In this document: one piece after another, positions 1 through 10,475 of the stretch
Layout: each line of letters begins with the position of its first letter
Position numbering within the stretch: the stretch's first letter is position 1
From: Deltaproteobacteria bacterium
GTDB taxonomy: Bacteria > Desulfobacterota > Desulfobacteria > Desulfobacterales > C00003060
NCBI GenBank assembly: GCA_003647275.1
Contig: QMMN01000004.1
Span: 1,337-65,336, forward strand
DNA: 64,000 nucleotides
Direction of reading: 5' to 3'
Translations under genes and position numbers: made by a program
The notes under the pieces: model-generated
What the model was told of the DNA's origin: nothing
The model's database searches: none
The model's input: only the letters and a program-made list of their open reading frames with translations

Positions 1-572
1 AGATTGATTGTGGTCCACTCTCCTAAAATAACCTCCACGGAAAATACAATGCCGGCTATGGGGGCGTTGAAGATGGAAGAAATCGCGCTGGCTGCCCCGC
101 AGCCTACAATGGTTACCCTTTGACGATCATTAAGAGCAAAAATCTTGGCCACATTTGAACCAATAGAGGCTCCACTCATGACAACCGGGGCTTCTGGCCC
201 TGCTGACCCCCCACTGGCAATGGTCAGTGTGCTTGAGATGAGGCGCGAGAAACTGGAACGTAAACGTAACAGCCCTCCCCTTTTGGATACACTGTATATG
301 ACTTCTGGCACCCCATGGCCTGCCCCTTCCTTGACAATATGTCCGAGAAACAGAGAAGACAGAGCGGCACCGCATGCCGGCAGCACGAAGGCATACCAAT
401 GAATATGCAAAGGGCGTAAGATCTCGTGAAGCGTGAATAGCAATCGATTTAATGCGACCGCCGCAAGGCCGCCACAGGCTCCAACGAAGATGGCGATAGC
501 GATCAAAAACAGACGCTCATCCATGTGCCAGATGGTCCGCAGAAAAAAAAGGCGTAGATGAGAGAACTTCAT
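1..572 (-). CDS. ClC-family chloride channel / Cl-/H+ antiporter, N-terminal part (runs off the window edge; absent from the ORF track)
   Basis: Manual translation from ATG at 572: MKFSHLRLFF...GAGHGVPEVIY...TIASGGSAGPEAPVVMSGASIG...IFNAPIAGIVFSVEVILG, which carries the ClC GxGxPE, GxExP and FNAP motifs. ATGA overlap with the upstream stop. Confidence 0.9.
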   Translation of the reverse strand, partial: MKFSHLRLFFLRTIWHMDERLFLIAIAIFVGACGGLAAVALNRLLFTLHEILRPLHIHWYAFVLPACGAALSSLFLGHIVKEGAGHGVPEVIYSVSKRGGLLRLRSSFSRLISSTLTIASGGSAGPEAPVVMSGASIGSNVAKIFALNDRQRVTIVGCGAASAISSIFNAPIAGIVFSVEVILGEWTTIN

Positions 573-1285
573 CTTAAAAGGCCACTCCTCGGTCTTGAAG
601 GACGGTAGGCCATATCTATCCCGGTTTCCATCTCATCCACCATCGCAAAGAGGTCGCTTGCCGATGGCTTACCCCTTAAGAAGTCCACAAAGGAGCTGTT
701 TCGAAGCAAATGGCTTAACTTGGCGAGGAGCCTGAGGTGAATCTTAGGGGAAGGGCTTAACATGAGGAATAGTACGAATACAGGGATGGCGTCGATCGCA
801 CCATAGTTGACGGGTGTATTCAGGAAACATGTGGTTATGCACGGCTCCAGAGGTGCATTCTCCAGGGGGGAACGCGGGTGGGGGATGGCCACCCCATTAC
901 CAATTCCTGTTGTGGATAGTTCCTCTCGCTCGATCAGTCTAACAAACAATTCATTGCGATCGATTGACGGGTCGAGTGGGGCAGCTTTTACCACAGCTTT
1001 AAGTACACGAGATACATCATTCCCGCCCACTCCATGTAAAACGCCTCCTTTTTTCATAGCCAAAAGGAGGCTACACGTTTGTGCTGAATTTCTACGCACA
1101 GGCTGACTCGATTCTGATGCAAAAACAATGTGGTGAGATTCGGCCCATCTCTTCAGATCCTTTTCAAGGAATACGTATCCGCCTTTACTTTTGTAAACGG
1201 GAATCTTGCCCTGGCGAATCCAGCGCTGTAGAGTACTTACAGGCAACTTAAGTAATCTTGATACTTCATCGATAGTAAGATTCAT
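569..1285 (-). CDS. ptsN: PTS EIIA(Ntr)-like protein with N-terminal excisionase-type HTH
   Basis: N-terminal LTIDEVSRLLKLPVSTLQRWIRQGKIP (HTH_17-like); EIIA motif REELSTTGIGNGVAIPHPR with the phospho-His, and HLRLLAKLS. Confidence 0.85.
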   Translation of the reverse strand: MNLTIDEVSRLLKLPVSTLQRWIRQGKIPVYKSKGGYVFLEKDLKRWAESHHIVFASESSQPVRRNSAQTCSLLLAMKKGGVLHGVGGNDVSRVLKAVVKAAPLDPSIDRNELFVRLIEREELSTTGIGNGVAIPHPRSPLENAPLEPCITTCFLNTPVNYGAIDAIPVFVLFLMLSPSPKIHLRLLAKLSHLLRNSSFVDFLRGKPSASDLFAMVDEMETGIDMAYRPSRPRSGLLR

Positions 1286-1724
1286 TTATTTTTAAATAAT
1301 CTGGAATCATTTGGCGAGAGCCCATAGGTCTTTCATCGCCATCATAAGTTGATACACAAATGGCAACCGCGTCAAGGGAAAATTCTTCAACAGAAAGAAT
1401 TCAGTTTGTTGAGAAGTGAGTTGACACTTTTTAGAAGCGTGATTATAGATTCTAAGAGAATGCTTTCAGGGTGGATGACCGTTATCTTTTACGGAGATTT
1501 TTTTCGGAATTAACTTGAATATTGAATACTGGAATACTCGTTACTCGTTGCTGGATGCTTGTTCGCCCATTTCACTTTTTTTAATCCGACACGAAGTGCA
1601 TGTTTTGGCGAAGGCTTTACTTCGTGTCAAGCCGTCAGGCGCAACCTTGGGCCAAATTCGCATTCCAATGTGAAGTGAAGCCTGCGGCTAAATCCAAAAT
1701 CTGAAATCTATTATAGGGGGAATT

Positions 1725-2573
1725 ATGGGAAATTCGATAAGAACCGGAGTTTTTTTGGCAGCCCTGACCGTTCTTGTGATGATCATTGGCCGTTTGCTGG
1801 GTGGCACCCAGGGGATGGTCATCGCATTTTTTTTCGCGGTGATTATGAATTTTGGGAGCTACTGGTTCTCGGACAAGATTGTCCTGGGCATTTACCGGGC
1901 AAGACCGGTTTCCGAGACCGAGGCTCCGGAGTTGCATCGCATTGTCAGACAACTGTCTCGGCAGGCTGGCCTCCCCATGCCTAAGGTGTGTATCATGCCC
2001 TCTGAATCCCCAAATGCCTTTGCCACTGGCCGCAACCCCCAACATGCGGTAGTGGCGGTCACCCAGGGGATTCTGCGGCTATTGAACGAAGACGAGCTAA
2101 AGGGTGTGATCGCCCACGAGTTGGCCCATGTGAAGCATCGGGATATCCTTATTGGTTCCATTGCGGCTACCCTGGCCGGTGCGATTATGATGATCGCCAA
2201 CATGGCGCGCTGGGCGGCCCTGTTTGGTGGCTTTGGAGGCCGGGATGAGGACGACGGCGACGGGGGAATGATCGGCCTTATTGCCATGTCTATTTTGGCG
2301 CCCATAGCGGCCATGCTGATCCAGATGGCCATTTCCCGATCCAGGGAATATGCGGCCGATGCAGCAGGCGCCTCCTTTGCAGGAAGTCCTTACGGCCTGG
2401 CGAGCGCCTTGCAAAAGATATCTTCAGCCTCACGGCAGATACCCATGAAAGCCGAGCCGGCCACAGCGCACATGTTCATCATGAGTCCCTTATCCGGACG
2501 GAGCCTCATGAACCTTTTTAGCACCCACCCGCCAGTTGAAGAACGTATCCGCAGGCTGACGGATATGAGGTAA
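1725..2573 (+). CDS. htpX: Zinc metalloprotease HtpX (M48)
   Basis: [27 protein letters not shown] motifs. Confidence 0.95.
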   Translation: MGNSIRTGVFLAALTVLVMIIGRLLGGTQGMVIAFFFAVIMNFGSYWFSDKIVLGIYRARPVSETEAPELHRIVRQLSRQAGLPMPKVCIMPSESPNAFATGRNPQHAVVAVTQGILRLLNEDELKGVIAHELAHVKHRDILIGSIAATLAGAIMMIANMARWAALFGGFGGRDEDDGDGGMIGLIAMSILAPIAAMLIQMAISRSREYAADAAGASFAGSPYGLASALQKISSASRQIPMKAEPATAHMFIMSPLSGRSLMNLFSTHPPVEERIRRLTDMR

Positions 2574-2651
2574 AATCAGTATGCAGGCGACATACATACG
2601 GCGGGCATTTGTGCCCGCCCATCATCCCACCACCCTACCCACTATTGAGCC

Positions 2652-4016
2652 GTGATAAGAAAATCAACGCCACAACAGCAGTTGATCGCAAGTTTCGTTC
2701 TTTTGATCCTTGTCGGCTCCGTTGTCCTGGTGATGCCCGGCATGACAACAAATGGCCGGATATCCTACATAGATGCCCTCTTTACGTCCACATCTGCGGT
2801 GTGTGTCACAGGGCTCGTTGTTAAGGACACAGGGGCCGATTTTACAAGACTTGGCCAATGGGTCCTCCTGGCATTGATTCAACTGGGAGGGCTCGGGATC
2901 ATGACCGTCTCAACAATCTTTCTCCTCATGCTGGGCAAACAACCCTCGCTGAGTCAGGATACTGTGCTTCAGGGCAGTTTTACCCACTCCCCCATGAAGA
3001 ACCTCCATACCCTGATCCTGTCGATCGTGGTATTGACATTGGTGGTAGAGTTTGTGGGTACGGCATGCTACTTTTTGTACTGGGTTCATGAATTTCCTGT
3101 TAATGAAGCCATATTCCTTTCCTTGTTCCACGCGGTTTCTGCCTTTTGTAATGCAGGATTCTGCCTCTTTCCAGACGGTTTCACAAGATATCAAGGTCAT
3201 GTCCTCATCAATCTCAACACGATTTTCTTGATCGTTATCGGAGGCATGGGATTTGTGGTCCTTCTTGAACTGTACGAACGTTATAGCCAGAATAGGGGAA
3301 AAGATGGGCGACTAAGAAAGCCTTTTTCTCTGCATGCCAAGCTTACGCTTTTAGCCACATTGATCTTAATCGTGGCAGGGGCTGTGTTCTTCTTCATAGT
3401 CGAATACAATGATATCCTGAGAGGCATGAAGCTTTCTGACAGGATTCTCATATCTGTCTTTCAATCGATTACTGCAAGGACCGCTGGCTTTAACACGGTT
3501 GATTTTAGCCTGCTGTCAAACTCGACCCTCTTTTTCTTTATTATCCTCATGTTCATAGGGGCTTCTCCCGGCTCCTGCGGGGGTGGGATTAAGACCACAA
3601 CAGCAGCGGTTTTCTTCGCAATTGTCCGATCCCGACTGAGGGGAGAAATGCATACTATGATTATGAATCGGACCATTCCCAAGGAGGCCGTAGCAAGGAC
3701 GGTCTCGGTCGTCATATCCTCCGGGTTAGTGATTACGGTCATGGTGGTTATTCTCCTGGTTACCCAGCTTGGAGGCACTTCTCATGTGGAAAGCCGGGGG
3801 ATGTTTCTCGAGTATCTTTTTGAGGCGGTGTCGGCCTTTGGCACGGTGGGGCTCTCTATGGGCAAGACCTCGGGCCTGAATCCCCTCGGAAAATTGGTGA
3901 TCATCGTGCTGATGTTTGTTGGGCGGCTCGGACCGCTGACGCTCGCATTTTCCATCCGTCCGAGAGAATTAGCCCTGCAGTTGAAGTACAGTGAAGAAAA
4001 TGTTATGATTGGTTGA
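2652..4016 (+). CDS. trkH: Trk/Ktr potassium uptake membrane subunit
   Basis: ALFTSTSAVCVTGL, SAFCNAGF, RTAGFN, GGGIK, SAFGTVGLS pore-loop motifs. Confidence 0.93.
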   Translation: MIRKSTPQQQLIASFVLLILVGSVVLVMPGMTTNGRISYIDALFTSTSAVCVTGLVVKDTGADFTRLGQWVLLALIQLGGLGIMTVSTIFLLMLGKQPSLSQDTVLQGSFTHSPMKNLHTLILSIVVLTLVVEFVGTACYFLYWVHEFPVNEAIFLSLFHAVSAFCNAGFCLFPDGFTRYQGHVLINLNTIFLIVIGGMGFVVLLELYERYSQNRGKDGRLRKPFSLHAKLTLLATLILIVAGAVFFFIVEYNDILRGMKLSDRILISVFQSITARTAGFNTVDFSLLSNSTLFFFIILMFIGASPGSCGGGIKTTTAAVFFAIVRSRLRGEMHTMIMNRTIPKEAVARTVSVVISSGLVITVMVVILLVTQLGGTSHVESRGMFLEYLFEAVSAFGTVGLSMGKTSGLNPLGKLVIIVLMFVGRLGPLTLAFSIRPRELALQLKYSEENVMIG

Positions 4017-4048
4017 AAAATGTCGGCCAAATCGGTCAGGTGTGCAAC

Positions 4049-4708
4049 ATGAAGATAGCTGTGATAGGGCTGGGCAACTTCGGGATGAACGTTGCCAAGG
4101 AATTGTATGACCGCGGACACGACGTGTTGGTTGTTGACGAGAGACACGATCCCGTTCAAAAGAGTCAGGAGTTTTCCTCAAAGTCGGTTGTTGCTGACTG
4201 CACTGAAAAAGAGGTGTTGGCAAATCTCGGGCTCTCAGCGGTTGACACCGCTATTATTAGCATGGGGACCAATCTCTCGAAAAGCATCCTGGCGACCATG
4301 TATCTTAAAGAACTTGGGGTAAAGCATATCATCGTTAAGGCCATCAATGATGACCACAAGAAGATCCTGGAAAAGGTGGGAGCCACCCAGATCGTATTCC
4401 CTGAAAAGGAGATGGCCGTCAAATTGGCACGAAGCATTACCACGCCCAATGTCCTTGACTATCTTCCCCTAACGAATGCTTTTTCGATCATGGAGATTAT
4501 TCCGCCCAAGGACTTTGTAGGAAAGTCCCTGCTCGATCTTGATTTGAGAAAAAAATATCATATTCAGATTATCGGCATAAAAGACACTTTGGAAGACGTG
4601 ATCAGTATGGTCATTTCTCCCAGCCGGCCCATCAAAGCAACTGATAGGCTTATTATCCTTGGCAAACAGGAAGACCTGGAAAAGATAAAAGGACTCAACG
4701 GCCCGTAG
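4049..4708 (+). CDS. trkA: Trk/Ktr NAD-binding regulatory subunit (RCK_N + RCK_C)
   Basis: MKIAVIGLGNFG Rossmann start (ATG 4049), FPEKEMA; follows trkH. Confidence 0.92.
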   Translation: MKIAVIGLGNFGMNVAKELYDRGHDVLVVDERHDPVQKSQEFSSKSVVADCTEKEVLANLGLSAVDTAIISMGTNLSKSILATMYLKELGVKHIIVKAINDDHKKILEKVGATQIVFPEKEMAVKLARSITTPNVLDYLPLTNAFSIMEIIPPKDFVGKSLLDLDLRKKYHIQIIGIKDTLEDVISMVISPSRPIKATDRLIILGKQEDLEKIKGLNGP

Positions 4709-4747
4709 AGGCGACCTTGTTTTCAGATAACAAGTTGTTAAGGCGTG

Positions 4748-4782
4748 AAAAAGCCCGACCTGTTACCAGGTCGGGCTTTTTT
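4748..4782. terminator. Bidirectional intrinsic terminator between trkA and the convergent permease
   Basis: AAAAAGCCCGACCTG-TTAC-CAGGTCGGGCTTTTTT perfect stem with A and T tails. Confidence 0.85.
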
Positions 4783-4810
4783 GCCTGTAAGCTTGTTCTG
4801 CCGAGAGCTT

Positions 4811-6562
4811 CTAGCTTGGCTTGAAAACCATAAGCCACACCTGGCAGATGAGAATGCTTATGATCATGTATGGGAAGGCTGTTTTCATGAACCCGCCAAA
4901 TGATATCTTGTAGCCCTTGGACTCGGCAATACCCATGGTGACCACGTTGGCTGATGCGCCGATGATGGTGCCGTTGCCGCCGAAACAGGCACCCAGGGCC
5001 AGGGCCCACCAGAGGGTGTTCTCAGAGCCCGGGATGACCTTGGAGAGATAGGCCACAATAGGCAGCATGGTGGCTGTAAAGGGGATATTGTCCACAAAGG
5101 CCGACATGATGGCTGCGACCCACAGAATCAAGGTCATGGACAAGAGATAACTCCCGCCTGAAACATCCAGGATCCAGTCGGCAATCACAGCAAGGAGTCC
5201 GGCCTCCTCTACCGCACCAACCAGCACGAACAGGAAGATAAAGAACATGAGGGTGGGCCACTCAATATCCTTTTCGATCAGGTGGAGCATATCTACCTTC
5301 TTGGTGACAACGCCTACAGTGAAAAGGATGCTGGCGCCAGTCAGGGCTGCGACACTCACCTCCATGTGCCAGTAACCGTGGGAAAGGAAGAGGAAGATGG
5401 CAAAACCTAAAATAATCAGGCCGTAGGTGAGAAGGGTCGGGTCGTAAATCTTGTATTTTTCCTTCAGCTCTGCCGTAAACTTATCTACGTTGGTCACCGA
5501 GGCCTGAGCCTTCCTGTAATCTTTACCCCACACCAGCCTTGTATAAATGAACATGGCAACCATGGCGACCACGCAGATCAGGGCCAGGGCGACGACAAAG
5601 TCCATGAATGTGAGGCCTGCATAGGAACCGATCATGATATTGGGAGGATCGCCAATCAGGGTGGCAGTGCCTCCCACGTTGGAGGCCAGGACCAGTGGGA
5701 TCAGCAAGTAGAGGGGATTAAGATTAACCGATATGCATATCTCAATGGCCACACCTGTGAGCAGCAGCATGGTGGTCACATTATCCAGAAAGGCTGAAGA
5801 AACTGCTGTGAAGATCATCAAGATGACCGTGAGGAGAAAGACTCTCCCCTTCGCCATTTTATAAGAAATATAGGCGCACCACTGAAACACGCCTGTATTC
5901 TTCAATACACCCACAATGATCATCATCCCCATCAAAAGAAAGATCACATTCATGTCGATGGAGGCGATCGCGCGCTCAAAGGAGAAGATGCGCCACTCTG
6001 GATTGATCGTACCAATGGTGTAAGAGATACACATCATGATGGCTGCACCCAGCAGGGCTGCAATGGTACGATGCAAGAGCTCGAAGGCGATCAAGACATA
6101 GGCAATAATAAAGACAAGGGTTGAGATCCAGAAGGCCGCGCCCTGCACCCGTGGCAGGGTAATGTCTTCGGTAATATAGAAATGGTCCCCTTTTTGGGCA
6201 AAGTCTGACCCTTTAAAGGTGACCTTTTCTGTCTTAAAGCTGGTCTTCTTGGCCTCTACGACAAAAGTGGCGTCCGGTATAGACCCCCTTTCCACCTTGA
6301 ATCGAGACACATATTTTCCGTTGTGAGCCGTGTGGACGTAGTCCACCTCTTTCCCGTTTTCATATATGGTGACGTGGCATTCCCCTATTGGTTCCTTATG
6401 GGTATCATATATGATACCTGCAATATTGACAGTATCGCCTTCTTTCAATTCGTCATGTTTGGGCTTGTGAGCGGCCCCGTGACCACCCGCAAAGGCAAAC
6501 GTTGCTGCAAAGGCCAACACAACCATTACCGTAACAGCCATTAGAGATTTTTGTGTGCGCAT
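4811..6562 (-). CDS. ArsB/NhaD/SLC13-type ion transporter with an extra N-terminal exported beta-sandwich domain
   Basis: SAFLDNVTTM, ASNVGGTATLIGDPPNIMI, SAFVDNIP, LGACFGGNGTIIGASANVV motifs; signal peptide plus ~110-aa soluble domain at the N-terminus. Confidence 0.85.
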   Translation of the reverse strand: MRTQKSLMAVTVMVVLAFAATFAFAGGHGAAHKPKHDELKEGDTVNIAGIIYDTHKEPIGECHVTIYENGKEVDYVHTAHNGKYVSRFKVERGSIPDATFVVEAKKTSFKTEKVTFKGSDFAQKGDHFYITEDITLPRVQGAAFWISTLVFIIAYVLIAFELLHRTIAALLGAAIMMCISYTIGTINPEWRIFSFERAIASIDMNVIFLLMGMMIIVGVLKNTGVFQWCAYISYKMAKGRVFLLTVILMIFTAVSSAFLDNVTTMLLLTGVAIEICISVNLNPLYLLIPLVLASNVGGTATLIGDPPNIMIGSYAGLTFMDFVVALALICVVAMVAMFIYTRLVWGKDYRKAQASVTNVDKFTAELKEKYKIYDPTLLTYGLIILGFAIFLFLSHGYWHMEVSVAALTGASILFTVGVVTKKVDMLHLIEKDIEWPTLMFFIFLFVLVGAVEEAGLLAVIADWILDVSGGSYLLSMTLILWVAAIMSAFVDNIPFTATMLPIVAYLSKVIPGSENTLWWALALGACFGGNGTIIGASANVVTMGIAESKGYKISFGGFMKTAFPYMIISILICQVWLMVFKPS

Positions 6563-6781
6563 GAAACGATCCTCCTCCCTTGTTTTCCCGTATTCATCCT
6601 TTCTGCCTTAAGACTTACCCGGGGAAACGTGAATTTTTTCCAAAGAAAGAATGAACCAAAAGTGCCTCGGCCTGTTAGCACAAAGGGGCTTTCCGGTCAA
6701 TCTTTTTTTGAGAGAAGTTCACACACTTTGACAACGACACAGTTCGAGACACACCCAAGCCTTTTTGCAACAGCTTGTTTT

Positions 6782-6924
6782 CAGGCTGCTGCCCAAATCG
6801 CCGTCCACTTGGCATGAGGAGAGCAGACCCCAAAAGAGGGCTGAGACCTGGAAATGCACAAGCGAGCGCATCCCCCGTAGCAAGCTGCAGGGAGCTTCAA
6901 TTGTCGTGTTTTTGCAACAGCTTG
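6782..6924. mobile_element. MITE-like element, family A (ends CAGGCTG(C/T)TGCCCAAA ... TTTTGCAACAGCTTG)
   Basis: Imperfect terminal inverted repeats; its reverse complement aligns by eye with 19400-19562 (GACAATTGAAGCTCCCTGC; AGCCCTC; TCATGCCA-GTG; TTTGG-CA-CAGCCTG). Confidence 0.7.
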
Positions 6925-6994
6925 TTTTTATTTGACATGATCGCTGATGGATGATAAAAATTACCGATTATGCATTTTTTTGAGAGTCGTTAAG

Positions 6995-7462
6995 ATGGAG
7001 GCTCAAACCTTTTTTATCCGCTCTGTGATGGTCCAAAATGTCATCATGGGGATTATCGTGGCAATCATTGTGGGGCTCCTGATCCGTACTATCTGGGAAA
7101 AGAAGCTCAACCATGTGATCCTTGTGGTTATTTGGGGATTGTTTGCCTTATGGTTTTTTAATGGCCCTTTGTGGGGGTTTAGTGCCGTGACAGTAAGTCC
7201 AGAGGGCCTGAAAGTGCATTATGGCTTCTTATCGGTGTTCCAGAACACGATTTTGCCTGTTGATACGCACTGGAAAATCCGGAGGTACCTGGGTGGCATC
7301 AGAAAGCTAAAAAAGCTCTACTTTTTCCAACTGTCTACTCGCCAGAGTTTGAAAGTTCGAGGAAGGGACAAGCTTGAAGTTTTGAAGGCCCTTGGCGCGG
7401 CCATTGACCGCATCAATGGAAGACCTATGGGCACGATAGAAGAACGCCCCGTAAACATGTAG
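6995..7462 (+). CDS. Hypothetical membrane protein (two N-terminal TMs, soluble PH-like C-terminus)
   Basis: ORF 6947-7462. The ATG at 6947 lies inside a TTGACA promoter-like site, so 6995 (or later) is the more likely start. Ends just before sucC. Confidence 0.6.
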   Translation: MEAQTFFIRSVMVQNVIMGIIVAIIVGLLIRTIWEKKLNHVILVVIWGLFALWFFNGPLWGFSAVTVSPEGLKVHYGFLSVFQNTILPVDTHWKIRRYLGGIRKLKKLYFFQLSTRQSLKVRGRDKLEVLKALGAAIDRINGRPMGTIEERPVNM

Positions 7463-7468
7463 GCAGCT

Positions 7469-8632
7469 ATGAAAATTCACGAATACCAGGCCAAGGAGAT
7501 CTTTTCCCAATTTTCAATTCCTGTTCCCCGCGGCTCAGTGGTCCGTGATGCTGAAGAGGCAAGGAAAATCGCTGACCAGATCGGCGGTGAGCAGTGGGTC
7601 GTTAAAGCCCAAATCCATGCTGGCGGCCGCGGCAAAGGCGGGGGGGTGCGTGTGGCCGATACGCCAGAGGCTGTGGCTGAGATAGCCAAAGAGATGCTCG
7701 GCATGACCCTGGTAACCCCTCAGACGGGTCCCCAGGGAAAGCGAGTGACCAAGGTACTGGTGGAAGAGGGGGTTTCGGTTAAACAGGAATTTTACGTAGG
7801 GGCAGCCGTTGATCGCGCAAACCAATGCCCGGTCATGATTGCCAGTTCTGAGGGCGGCATGGGGATTGAGGCGTTGGCCGCGAGCCATCCCGACCGGATT
7901 GTTAGAGAGTGGATCGATGTGGGTCTCGGGCTTCCAGCCTTTCAGGCCAGAAATCTCGTGTTTGGCATGGGGATAAACCCGGGCCTTATGCGGGCCGGTA
8001 CAGGGATTTTCACCCAGCTTTACAGGCTTTTTGATTCTTTTGATTGCACACTGGTGGAGATCAACCCTTTGGTCGTGACCGAGGACAATCAGCTTCTTGC
8101 CCTGGATGCCAAGATAGAGTTTGATGACAATGCCCTGTTTCGGCATAAGGAATTCTTAGAACTCAAAGATACCGACGCGCAGGATCCATTGGAGGTTGAG
8201 GCTTCACAGCATCGGCTGAACTACATCCGTCTTGAGGGGGATGTTGGGATCATGGTCAATGGGGCAGGGCTTGCCATGGCCACTATGGACCTGATCAAGC
8301 AGGCCGGGGCCAGGCCGGCCAATTTTCTGGATGTGGGGGGCGGGGCCACCACAGAGATGGTTACCAAAGGTTTTGAAATCATATTGCAGGACAAAAATGT
8401 TCGGGGGATCTTGATCAACATATTTGGCGGGATCCTTCGATGTGACGTACTGGCTAAAGGGGTGGTGGAGGCAGCCAAAAAGGTGGCGATCAAAGTACCT
8501 GTGGTCGTGCGTCTGGACGGCACCAATGTGGAGGAGGGTCGTGATATCCTGGCCCAATCCGGCCTTGATTTTATGGTGGCTGCCAGCATGGCCGATGCGG
8601 CAGAGAAGGTGAGGGGGCTTGAGGTATCGTGA
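7469..8632 (+). CDS. sucC: Succinyl-CoA ligase (ADP-forming) beta subunit
   Basis: MKIHEYQAKE, KAQIHAGGRGKGGG, MVNGAGLAMATMD, NFLDVGGG, NIFGGILRCD. Confidence 0.96.
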   Translation: MKIHEYQAKEIFSQFSIPVPRGSVVRDAEEARKIADQIGGEQWVVKAQIHAGGRGKGGGVRVADTPEAVAEIAKEMLGMTLVTPQTGPQGKRVTKVLVEEGVSVKQEFYVGAAVDRANQCPVMIASSEGGMGIEALAASHPDRIVREWIDVGLGLPAFQARNLVFGMGINPGLMRAGTGIFTQLYRLFDSFDCTLVEINPLVVTEDNQLLALDAKIEFDDNALFRHKEFLELKDTDAQDPLEVEASQHRLNYIRLEGDVGIMVNGAGLAMATMDLIKQAGARPANFLDVGGGATTEMVTKGFEIILQDKNVRGILINIFGGILRCDVLAKGVVEAAKKVAIKVPVVVRLDGTNVEEGRDILAQSGLDFMVAASMADAAEKVRGLEVS

Positions 8633-8639
8633 ATACGAT

Positions 8640-8840
8640 GTCATTAGTCATTGGTCATTGGTCATTTGGCCGATGCCGGATGCCTGATGTCTGAAGCTCC
8701 AAGGCCAGATGCCTCTTATCACTGATCATTTCAAGACAGAACCTCCAACCAATGACAAATGACAAGTGACAAATGACCAATGACAAGTGACCAATGACAA
8801 GTGACCAATGACAAGTGACCAATGACAAGTGACCAATGAC
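8640..8840. repeat. Bipartite inverted heptamer array (GTCATT(A/G/T) x4 ... (A/C)A(A/G)TGAC x13)
   Basis: Left arm 8640-8669; right arm 8750-8840 includes a perfect 14-bp unit CAATGACAAGTGAC repeated ~4.5 times. Confidence 0.9.
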
Positions 8841-8849
8841 GGAACAGAC

Positions 8850-9731
8850 ATGAGTATACTAATTGACAAGAACACCCGCCTGCTGGTCCAGGGGATCACC
8901 GGCAGGGAAGGGAGTTTTCATACCCGGCAGTGTGTGGCCTACGGCACCAATGTTGTGGCAGGGGTAACCCCTGGTAAGGGGGGACAAACCCTGGACGATA
9001 TCCCGGTCTTTAACACCATTCATGAGACGGTTGAGAGCACGGGTGCCAACGCCAGCCTTATTTTTGTGCCGTCTCCTTTTGCGGCAGACGCGATCATGGA
9101 ATCTGCTGCAGCGGGGATCCCGTTGACCATCTGCATTACCGAGGGGATTCCCATAAAAGACATGTTGAAGGTGGTTCCCTTTTTGAAACGTCACAATGTC
9201 CGCCTCATCGGTCCAAACTGCCCCGGGGTGATTTCACCAGGTCGTTGCAAGGCTGGCATCATGCCCGGCCATATCCATAAAGAGGGCTCAATTGGTGTGA
9301 TATCAAGGAGCGGCACGCTCACCTACGAGGTGGTGCACCAGCTAACCCAGAGCGGCCTGGGGCAGAGCACCTGCATTGGGATTGGGGGCGATCCGATTAT
9401 CGGTTCGTCCTTTGTGGACATCCTGAAGCTTTTTGATAAGGACCCGGAAACGCGCGGTGTGGTGCTCATTGGAGAAATTGGGGGCAGCGACGAGGAGGCC
9501 GCTGCTGAGTATATCAAGGATCATTTCAACAAACCTGTGCTTGGATTTGTTGCCGGCCTTACCGCCCCGCCAGGGAAGCGTATGGGACATGCGGGTGCGA
9601 TCATATCAGGGGCTGGGGGAACGGCAGGAGAAAAGATAGCTGCCATGCGCGAGGCGGGCATTCACATGGTGGAACGCTTAGGTGAACTGGGCAGGGCAGC
9701 GCGCGATCTATTTGGTGAGATAATTAGTTGA
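8850..9731 (+). CDS. sucD: Succinyl-CoA ligase alpha subunit
   Basis: [42 protein letters not shown] (phospho-His). Real start is ATG 8850. Confidence 0.96.
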   Translation: MSILIDKNTRLLVQGITGREGSFHTRQCVAYGTNVVAGVTPGKGGQTLDDIPVFNTIHETVESTGANASLIFVPSPFAADAIMESAAAGIPLTICITEGIPIKDMLKVVPFLKRHNVRLIGPNCPGVISPGRCKAGIMPGHIHKEGSIGVISRSGTLTYEVVHQLTQSGLGQSTCIGIGGDPIIGSSFVDILKLFDKDPETRGVVLIGEIGGSDEEAAAEYIKDHFNKPVLGFVAGLTAPPGKRMGHAGAIISGAGGTAGEKIAAMREAGIHMVERLGELGRAARDLFGEIIS

Positions 9732-9824
9732 AAACTTTTTCTTTGACATCCCACCAAAAATGCAGTAATTACAACTCTTATAGGGTCTTCCCTGCCCATA
9801 TACTACCAACCGAAAGGGTTTATC

Positions 9825-10364
9825 ATGATCGAAATTAGAGTTCATGGTCGAGGCGGCCAGGGGGCGGTGACCTCCACGGAGTTGATGGCCCTGGCAGCCA
9901 TCAATGAGGGCAAGTATGCCCAGGCCTTCCCCAGTTTTGGTCCTGAACGACGTGGGGCACCGGTGATGGCCTTTGTACGCATTGGCGATGCCCCTATTCG
10001 GACCCGCGAGCGGGTCTACACACCTGATATTGTGGTGGTCCTTGATCCTACAATCCTAAAGATCGTGGATGTGACGGCTGGGCTTAAGAAAAACGGAATG
10101 GTCATTTTGAATACCTCCAAGGATGAAGGGGAGGTGCGCAAAGCCTTTGGTATCAAAGCAAAGATGGCCCTCGTGGATGCCACGGGCATTGCCATAAAAC
10201 ACCTGGGCCGCCCCATTACCAATACCACGATGTTAGGCGCCCTCATAAAGGCTACAGGTGTGATTGATATCAAGTCTATGGAGACACCGCTCAAAGCACG
10301 TTTTGGCCGGATTGCCGAAAAGAACCTTAACGCCATGAATGAAGCCTATCACCAGGTTCAATAG
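9825..10364 (+). CDS. porC: Pyruvate/2-oxoacid:ferredoxin oxidoreductase gamma subunit
   Basis: EIRVHGRGGQGAVT, FGPERRGAPV. Confidence 0.93.
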   Translation: MIEIRVHGRGGQGAVTSTELMALAAINEGKYAQAFPSFGPERRGAPVMAFVRIGDAPIRTRERVYTPDIVVVLDPTILKIVDVTAGLKKNGMVILNTSKDEGEVRKAFGIKAKMALVDATGIAIKHLGRPITNTTMLGALIKATGVIDIKSMETPLKARFGRIAEKNLNAMNEAYHQVQ

Positions 10365-10475
10365 AGCGCTCAGGGGCTTCGCTCAAAATGGGCGTATTGG
10401 CGTGATGGGTATAAATAGTTGAGTGGTTGAGCATGGTAAAAGATAACCACTCAACCAGCGAGCAAAGACAAAGGA

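Noticed and set aside
130-402. ORF-track entries 130-399 (-) and 145-402 (+)
   Set aside because: Shadow ORFs; the real gene is the edge-truncated ClC on the minus strand.
1588-1628. 10-bp perfect inverted repeat GACACGAAGT/ACTTCGTGTC upstream of htpX as a heat-shock operator
   Set aside because: Not CIRCE (TTAGCACTC-N9-GAGTGCTAA); more likely a generic intergenic palindrome.
8750-8840. Tandem repeats as a CRISPR array
   Set aside because: Units are 7 or 14 bp with no unique spacers and no cas genes.
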